From assembly GCA_963741945.1 (NCBI GenBank), contig CAVUKA010000001.1:1152001-1216000 (forward strand): a stretch of DNA of 64,000 nucleotides. Direction: 5' to 3'. Position 1 is the first letter of the stretch. Each line of letters opens with the position of its first letter. The stretch is from an uncultured Gemmatimonadales bacterium. GTDB taxonomy: Bacteria > Gemmatimonadota > Gemmatimonadetes > Longimicrobiales > RSA9. Made by a program: the position numbers and the translations under genes. Shown here in pieces: positions 57,748 to 64,000 of this stretch. The notes under the pieces were generated by a model, which was not told the DNA's origin, ran no database searches, and saw only the letters and a list, made by a program, of their open reading frames with translations.

Positions 57748-57923
57748 GCGAATCCGGGTAGCAGGTGAGATGGCGCGGCGGGTGCCGAACAATGGAGCGG
57801 GCGACGGAGGCGCGTCAAGAACGGCAGGCGGCGCGTGGCGCGACCTGGCGGGCGCGACCACTTTGAATGGAGAGGTGAAGTCCGCACCTCACCACTTCCG
57901 CGAACCCGATGTGCGCCGCGCCG

Positions 57924-58841
57924 ATGACTTCGCTCCCCGAGCGCTGGCTGGTCCTCATGGCCCCCGCCGCCACCAGGTCGGAGGCACTGCTGCTGGTGGA
58001 CGCCCTCCGGCGTGTGGGTGCCCGCGCGGTCGAGCGGCGTGGCGACCGGGTGGAGGCGCTCTTCCCGCCGCCCGGAGACCCGGCATCGCTGGTGGCAGAC
58101 GCGACCTCCTCCATCCGCGCGAGCACGTCGCTCCCCGACCCTCAGCTCTCCTGGGAATGGCGCAGCCACGAGGAGTGGGCCGCGGCGTGGCGGGCGACGC
58201 ACCCGCCGGAGCGGGTCGCGGAGCGGCTGGTGGTGGCGCCCACGGGGAGCGCATGGGGCGGCGGCGACGACGACCTCGTCATCCGGCTCGACCCGGCCGT
58301 GGCGTTCGGGACGGCCGAGCACCCGACCACGCGCGCGTGCCTCCGCATCCTCGGCTCCATTCCGCTGGAGGGCGCGCGCATCGTGGACATTGGCGCGGGC
58401 TCGGGCATCCTCTCCATCGCGGCTGCGCTCCTCGGTGCCGGACGCGTCCTGGCGCTGGAGGCCGACGCCCTGGCCTGCGCGGTGGCGCGGGAAAACGCGC
58501 GGGCCAGCGGCGTGCCAAGACGGGTGGAGGTGCTGGAGCGCCGGGTCACGGCGGGGGACCTGGGTCGCCTGGGTCGACTCACCGGGTGGGCGAGGCGCGC
58601 TCCCTTCGACCTCGTGCTGGCGAACCTCGACGCGGCTATGGTCCTGTCGCTGCTGCCGGGCCTTCCGCGACTGCTGCGAGCCGGCGGCTCCATCGTGCTT
58701 TCGGGCGTCCTGCGGATGGAGCGCGACGCCGTTCTGGCCGCGGCCGTGGCCGCGGGGCTCGCGGTGGCGAGAGAGGAGCGCGATGGCGGGTGGTGGACGG
58801 GCCGGCTGACGGCGGGCGGTGGGCGGTGGCGCGGATCTTGA
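57924..58841 (+). CDS. prmA: Ribosomal protein L11 methyltransferase
   Basis: DPAVAFGTAEHPTT, DIGAGSGILSI, VLANL and LSG motifs. Confidence 0.87.
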   Translation: MTSLPERWLVLMAPAATRSEALLLVDALRRVGARAVERRGDRVEALFPPPGDPASLVADATSSIRASTSLPDPQLSWEWRSHEEWAAAWRATHPPERVAERLVVAPTGSAWGGGDDDLVIRLDPAVAFGTAEHPTTRACLRILGSIPLEGARIVDIGAGSGILSIAAALLGAGRVLALEADALACAVARENARASGVPRRVEVLERRVTAGDLGRLGRLTGWARRAPFDLVLANLDAAMVLSLLPGLPRLLRAGGSIVLSGVLRMERDAVLAAAVAAGLAVAREERDGGWWTGRLTAGGGRWRGS

Positions 58842-58855
58842 CCGCGCTGGGCGGC

Positions 58856-59932
58856 ATGGCACGGGATCCAGAGACGGAACGGACGGAAGCGGGCATGGTC
58901 CACGCGAGCCTCAGTCGCATGCGGTGGGAGGTCGTGCTGCCGCTTGCTGCCGCGCTGGCGCTGGGGCTGGGCTTCATCCAGCTGATCGGCCTGATCCTGC
59001 GTCCTGTTGCGCTCCTGATCCTGGCCATCACGCTCGCGGAAGCGCTGGCGCCCATCGTGGACTGGGTGGAGGCGCGGCTCCACCGCCGTGCGCTGGCGGT
59101 AACCGTGGTCTACCTGGTGATCGCGCTGCTGATGGGAGGCCTCGGGTGGATGGTGGCACCCGCCATCATCGACCAGGGCCGGGAGCTGGTGGACCGGGCA
59201 CCGGAGCTGATCGGGAACCTCCAGTCTCGCCTCACCCGAGGCGGGATCCTCTCCCAGCAGGACATGTCCGGGTTCGCCTCTTCCCTCCAGTCGCGACTCG
59301 GGAACCTGATCATCGGCGCCCCGCAGATGGTGATGGGCGTGGCCGTGGACGTCCTGGTGGTGATCTTCATCAGCGTATACTGGCTGATCACGGTCCGGAG
59401 CATCCGGTCGTTCACGCTCTCGCTCTTCCCCGCCTCGAGGCGGGAGCGAGCTGGGGAAGTGATGAACCGGATGGGTCGGACCATGGGAGGCTACATCCGG
59501 GGGACGGTGATCAACGCCATCGTCATGGGCGTCCTGGCCTACGTGGGGCTTCTGCTGGTGGGAGTGAACTATCCGCTCGCGCTGGGCGTGCTCACCATGA
59601 TGGGCGAGGTCGTGCCCTACATCGGGCCCGTCATCGTGGGGATCATCGTGAGCCTGATCGCACTGCTGCAGTCGCTCACCCGCGCCCTGATCGCACTCGC
59701 CCTCTTTGTGGGGCTGGAGCAGTTCGAGGGGCACCTGCTCACGCCCAACATCATGCGCAGCCAGACGGACGTGCCCCAGACGCTGGTGCTCTTCGCCATC
59801 GTGGTGGGCGCGGGCGTGGGCGGCATCCTGGGGATCCTCGTCGCCATCCCCACGGCCGCCGCGCTCCGCGTCTTCATCCTCGAAGTGCTGGCCCCGCGCG
59901 AGCGAAAGGCCGTGGCGGAGGCGGCGGAGTAG
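58856..59932 (+). CDS. AI-2E family transporter
   Basis: Multi-TM; VPYIGP, EGHLLTP and GILGILVAIP motifs. Confidence 0.88.
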   Translation: MARDPETERTEAGMVHASLSRMRWEVVLPLAAALALGLGFIQLIGLILRPVALLILAITLAEALAPIVDWVEARLHRRALAVTVVYLVIALLMGGLGWMVAPAIIDQGRELVDRAPELIGNLQSRLTRGGILSQQDMSGFASSLQSRLGNLIIGAPQMVMGVAVDVLVVIFISVYWLITVRSIRSFTLSLFPASRRERAGEVMNRMGRTMGGYIRGTVINAIVMGVLAYVGLLLVGVNYPLALGVLTMMGEVVPYIGPVIVGIIVSLIALLQSLTRALIALALFVGLEQFEGHLLTPNIMRSQTDVPQTLVLFAIVVGAGVGGILGILVAIPTAAALRVFILEVLAPRERKAVAEAAE

Positions 59933-60022
59933 CGATCCTGGTCGCGGGCGGCCGGCGGCGACGGCCGCGCCAGCCGGGGGGTCTCTCCAACCTGTCCAAC
60001 CTGCCATGTCGGGGACCGTCAG

Positions 60023-61042
60023 CTAGGGCAGCGGTCGTTCCGTGATCTCGCGCATCTCCCGCCGCGCGGCGGGGGAACGGACCTCTCGAAGCCACAGCAG
60101 CGCGAGCGCCGGTATTCCCACCAGCACGTCCCGCAGCCGTTTCAGCAGCGACACGGCCACCCCCACTGCGGCCGTGAGCCCCACGAGGTGCGCGCCCAGC
60201 AGGTATCCGCCTTCCTGGGCTCCGAGCCCCGCGGGCATGAAGAACCCCGCGTTCGCGGCCGCGCGGCCGACGCTCTCGAATACCACCATGTCCCGGGCGC
60301 CGATGAACTGGTGAACGGCGTACAGCAGCATCCAGATCTCTGCGGCGGCGAAGAAGAAGCTCAGGAAATGCCAGCCGGCCGTGCGGGCGAGGGCTCGGGT
60401 CTCGCCATAGATGGTGCCGATGGTGTCGTCCACGCCGTTGATGCTGCCGGCGAACCTGAGCCACCGGTCGCGCTCCGCTCGACGCTCCAGACGGGTGGCG
60501 AGCTTCCGCAGCAGGTTGGCGCGCTGGGCATAGACCAACGAGCCGAGCATTACGATGAGGATCGCCCCCGCCACCGCGGTATCGGTCGCGCTCTGGCCGC
60601 GAATCGCCAGGAGGCTCAGTCCGCAGCCGATGAACAGGGCCAGGGACACCATCCGGAGCGTCAGCTCCACGATGATGACGGCCGCCGACACCGTTCCCCC
60701 GACTTCCGGACGATGCCGCGCCAGCAGATAGCCGCGCATGACGTCGCCGGCCACTTCCGGACCGGGCAGCAGCGCCTGCGACCCGTCCGCGACCCAGCGG
60801 TAGTAGAAGATGTCCCGGAACGGCGCGTTCGCACCGTTGGCGTGCAGCAGGCTCCGCCACGCCATGGCCAGGATGGCGATGTAGGCGAAGTGCGCCACGG
60901 CGAGCAGCGCCACCCACCACCCCGCTTCGCGGAGCATCCCCCAGATGCGGGCGGGTCCCGCGTGCAGGATGAAGAAAACCGTGAGCCCCAGCCCCAGGGC
61001 GAGGAGGAGCGCTCCCCAGACCCTGACCCGGGCGCGGGTCAC
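60023..61042 (-). CDS. Lysylphosphatidylglycerol-synthase TM domain / HpnL-like membrane protein
   Basis: LLP..EVAGD and FFMPAGLGAQEGGY..G...SLLKRLRD; GTGA-coupled to the radical SAM gene. Confidence 0.78.
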   Translation of the reverse strand: MTRARVRVWGALLLALGLGLTVFFILHAGPARIWGMLREAGWWVALLAVAHFAYIAILAMAWRSLLHANGANAPFRDIFYYRWVADGSQALLPGPEVAGDVMRGYLLARHRPEVGGTVSAAVIIVELTLRMVSLALFIGCGLSLLAIRGQSATDTAVAGAILIVMLGSLVYAQRANLLRKLATRLERRAERDRWLRFAGSINGVDDTIGTIYGETRALARTAGWHFLSFFFAAAEIWMLLYAVHQFIGARDMVVFESVGRAAANAGFFMPAGLGAQEGGYLLGAHLVGLTAAVGVAVSLLKRLRDVLVGIPALALLWLREVRSPAARREMREITERPLP

Positions 61043-62733
61043 CCGGCGCGCCTCGTCTCGAGCTGGACGAGCGAGCCAGGGCGCGCATCGCCGGCGCCGG
61101 GGTGCACCTCCGCCGGTGCGCCATCGGGCGAGTAGAAGGAGTACTCTCCCACGCCGGCGTCGCAGTCCCGGGCGAACTGGATCAGGTGGTGCGCCACCAT
61201 CGGGACATGGACCAGCGACTCGATCTTCCCCTGCCGCAGGGCGGGGAGGGCGAACCGCCAGAAGGTCCGGCGGTAATCGCCGCGCACACCCACGCGCCAG
61301 AAGGTGCGGGCTAGCATGCCGAGTCCCTTGCGCAGCGATCCCTCAGGGATCGTCCGGTTCTCGCCCGGGTCGAACCGGTGGGGATAGGTGTGATCCACCT
61401 GGTGCTGGAAGCGACGGTAGAGCGCCTCCGGCCGGTTCGCCTCCCGCACCGCGCGCAGCCATCCTTCTCGCACCGTTTCCCGCGGCAGCTTGAAGTCGAC
61501 ATTCGACTCGTCGCCGCCCGCACCGTCGGAGAGGATGCGTCCTTCCTTCTCCAGCCGCCGCCAGAGCGGTGTCCGCGGGAGAGCGTACAGGAGGTTGATG
61601 GTGAGCATCGGGATATGAGATGCCTCGATGAACTCGAGGATCCGGTCCGGCGTCTCCTCCGTGTCCGAGTCCAGCCCCATGATGATCCCCGAAACCACTT
61701 CGAAGCCGTAGGAGTTCAGGATCTGCACGGCTTCAAGGATCGGCATCCCGAGGTTCTGCTTCTTGGAGATCCCGGCCAGCGACTCCTCGTCAGGGGTCTC
61801 GATCCCCACGAACACGGTGTGGAACCACGCCTCCCGCATGAGCTCCAGGATCTTCGTGTTCCTCGCCACGTTGATGGAGAGCTCGCAGGCCAGGCTCAGG
61901 GGGTAGCCGTTCCTCCGCTGCCAGTCCACCAGGTGCGGCAGGATCTCCAGCGCGGCCTTCTGGCTCCCGATGAAGTTGTCGTCCACGAAATACACGGCGC
62001 CCGGCGCTCCGGCCTCCATGAGAGCGTCCAGCTCCGCGCACACCTGCTCCGGCGTCTTCAGCCGCGGCACGCGGCCGTACAGCTCCGGGATGTCGCAGAA
62101 CTCGCAGCGGAACGGGCAGCCGCTGGAGTACTGGATGCTGGCCAGGAAGTAGTCGCGCACGTCGATGTGCTCGTAGGCCGGCAGCGGGAACTCGTGCAGC
62201 GGCCGCCGATCGGTGGTCTCGTACCGCAGCTGCTCGGGCGGGCGCTCCACGGTGCGGGCGATCCGATCGAAGAGCGCATCCGTTCCATTGCCCAGCTCGC
62301 CGAGGTGGAGCAGGTCCACGTCCGGGTACCACTCCGGGCACGCCGATACGGACGGCCCTCCCAGCGCCGTGACGAGGCCGTGCCGGTGCGCCGCGGCGTT
62401 GACTTCCCGGATACGCTCTCGCTGCACGTGCATCCCGGTGATGAACACCGCGTCCGCCCACTCGTAGTCCTCGTCGCTCGCGCGCCCGAGGTTCTCGTCC
62501 ACGAACCGGACCTCCCACGCGTCCGGGATCGCGCCGGCCACGACCAGCAGCCCCTGTGGGGGCATGAACGCCCTGGCCCGCCCGTGCAGCGGATACGCGT
62601 GGTGCAGCGTGCCGAAGGAGCGGGCGTACTGCGGGAACACGCACAGGATCCTGCGGGCCGGTCCCTTCCTTGTCGGCGTGCGCGTTCGGTGCGGACTGTC
62701 GGGGATCAGGCGTCTCGTGTCTTCTCGTCCCAT
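61039..62733 (-). CDS. hpnP: B12-binding radical SAM enzyme, HpnP-like hopanoid C-2 methylase
   Basis: RRILCVFP.Y..SFGT..H.YPL, AFMPPQGLL, GGPSVSACP.WYP..D.LH.GELG, QYSSGCPFRCEFCDIP.LYGR.PRLKTPEQ, LTINLL.ALP.TPLW and ESNVDF match my recollection of HpnP. Confidence 0.82.
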   Translation of the reverse strand: MGREDTRRLIPDSPHRTRTPTRKGPARRILCVFPQYARSFGTLHHAYPLHGRARAFMPPQGLLVVAGAIPDAWEVRFVDENLGRASDEDYEWADAVFITGMHVQRERIREVNAAAHRHGLVTALGGPSVSACPEWYPDVDLLHLGELGNGTDALFDRIARTVERPPEQLRYETTDRRPLHEFPLPAYEHIDVRDYFLASIQYSSGCPFRCEFCDIPELYGRVPRLKTPEQVCAELDALMEAGAPGAVYFVDDNFIGSQKAALEILPHLVDWQRRNGYPLSLACELSINVARNTKILELMREAWFHTVFVGIETPDEESLAGISKKQNLGMPILEAVQILNSYGFEVVSGIIMGLDSDTEETPDRILEFIEASHIPMLTINLLYALPRTPLWRRLEKEGRILSDGAGGDESNVDFKLPRETVREGWLRAVREANRPEALYRRFQHQVDHTYPHRFDPGENRTIPEGSLRKGLGMLARTFWRVGVRGDYRRTFWRFALPALRQGKIESLVHVPMVAHHLIQFARDCDAGVGEYSFYSPDGAPAEVHPGAGDARPGSLVQLETRRAG

Positions 62734-62909
62734 GGACAGCTCCGGGTAAGGAAGAACTCGCGCGGCTATCCGACCGGCAGCGCAAGACATGTTCCCGCTC
62801 CAGGCCATCGCGCGCGGGGCCCGGAGCCGTACATTGGGCACATGGGGGAGCCCCGGGGCGCCGCCCGACGCCAGCCGGAACCCGCGCGAACCTCCAACCG
62901 GAGCCGGAG

Positions 62910-63656
62910 ATGGACCACCGCGTGGTGCCGCGCCGCGTAACCACGATCGCCGCGCTGGCGACGCTGATGTCGGCCGCGCCCGCGTGCCGCCGGAGCGCCG
63001 ATGTCTGGCTGGAAGGGCGGACCCTCTCCGCAACTTCCCGGGGCACGGCCGATGACGCCTCGCCTGCCCACCCGGCCGCGTCCTACACGCTCGACAGCAG
63101 GGAGCTGTGGGCGGCGGACAGTCTGACGTCCGCGTACTCCGAGCCGCCGCGCGCCGGGAGGCTGGCGGGCGGCGTGGCCGCCCAGCCCGTGGACACGGCC
63201 ACCGGCCTCGACGTCCGCTATGCCACTGCGCGCTCGGTGAGCCGCGTCGTCTTCCCCATGGAAGTCCGGAAGGCGGGGCGCGTGGAGCTGCAGATCGACC
63301 TGGCGCTCGCCGACGTCGAGATCGGAGGCACGGGGCTCCCGCGCGTCGAAACGAGCGGCGCGATCCTGGACCAGGACGGCGCGCCGGTCCCCGGCGGGGA
63401 CATCGGCACCCTCACACTGGAGATCCGCGGCGACGGGGCCGTGGTCATCGACCAGTTCCCCGACGCTACGGATGCCCTCCAGGCGAACGGCCGCTATACG
63501 CGCACCCTGAGCGGGCCGCTCGGAGGCGTGCGCCTGGCCCGCGGCCGCTATCAGGTGGGGATGGACCTGTGGCTCGAGGCCTCCGCCGCCACGGCGAGCG
63601 GGCCGTACCAGCTCGCGCGCATCGGGCAGGCGACGGCGACGCTTCGCGTCCCCTGA
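62910..63656 (+). CDS. Hypothetical exported protein
   Basis: Signal-like N-terminus with Cys, beta-rich body, GC3 bias. Confidence 0.65.
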   Translation: MDHRVVPRRVTTIAALATLMSAAPACRRSADVWLEGRTLSATSRGTADDASPAHPAASYTLDSRELWAADSLTSAYSEPPRAGRLAGGVAAQPVDTATGLDVRYATARSVSRVVFPMEVRKAGRVELQIDLALADVEIGGTGLPRVETSGAILDQDGAPVPGGDIGTLTLEIRGDGAVVIDQFPDATDALQANGRYTRTLSGPLGGVRLARGRYQVGMDLWLEASAATASGPYQLARIGQATATLRVP

Positions 63657-63665
63657 CCCGTCCGG

Positions 63666-64000
63666 CTACTCCGTCGCCGCTGCCTCCGCCACCGTTCCCC
63701 CCGCCGCGGCGTGCGCCTGCGACTGCGCGCTCCCGCGCGGGAAGACCAGCGCCACGGCGATTCCCAGCGCCGCCACCACCATCATCCCGACATACACGGA
63801 ATGGAGGCCCGCGGCCATCGCCTGGCGGAGCGCTTCCAGCTGCTCGGGCGGCACTGAGCCACGGAGCGCCGGGTCGAGCGCGGTGTTCGGGTCCAGCTGC
63901 ACATTGGCCTCGTGCAGGTGCGTCGTGAGCAGCGCGCCGAGCCCCGCCACGGCGATGGCTCCACCAATGGTGCGGAAGAACTGCGTGCTGCCGGTAGCCA
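63666..64000 (-). CDS. MFS (DHA2/EmrB-like) transporter, C-terminal part (runs off right edge)
   Basis: ATGSTQFFRTIGGAIAVAGLGA...AAGLHSVY. Confidence 0.8.
   Translation of the reverse strand, partial: ATGSTQFFRTIGGAIAVAGLGALLTTHLHEANVQLDPNTALDPALRGSVPPEQLEALRQAMAAGLHSVYVGMMVVAALGIAVALVFPRGSAQSQAHAAAGGTVAEAAATE

Noticed and set aside
50578-57800. Integrative element at tRNA-Ser
   Set aside because: No integrase and no duplicated tRNA 3' end found; only accessory-looking content

Overview
High-GC, diderm bacterial chromosome segment (it encodes a KDO transferase). Gene content suggests Gemmatimonadota; this is an inference, not a search result. From left to right: a co-directional minus-strand run of trypsin-like protease, patatin, unknown protein, M15 endolysin-like peptidase, trehalase and sugar-ABC binding protein; TetR, arginase, hydrolase and VOC genes; a complete his operon (G, fused D-C, H, A, B, F, N, IE) preceded by a 28-codon His6 leader peptide, missing from the ORF track, with terminator and antiterminator; an ABC exporter, a CTCCGCG repeat cluster, a REC plus GGDEF/EAL pair, a MutS-like protein, DUF4015, moeB/moaD-like genes, waaA, an orphan adenine methylase, blaI/blaR-TonB and leuS; tRNA-fMet plus an 18-gene tRNA array (none encodes CCA) containing a duplicated tRNA-Gly 5' fragment fused to a palindrome; a tricorn-like protease, a PRC-barrel protein, a divergent MTA/5'-deoxyadenosine salvage cluster and SCO/PCuAC; tRNA-Ser followed by accessory genes, including a scrambled TolB/TPR pseudogene; a Ser/Thr kinase, prmA, an AI-2E transporter, and an HpnP-like hopanoid C-2 methylase coupled to an HpnL-like membrane protein. 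No CRISPR, rRNA, integrase or transposase was seen. All family calls are by motif recognition only.
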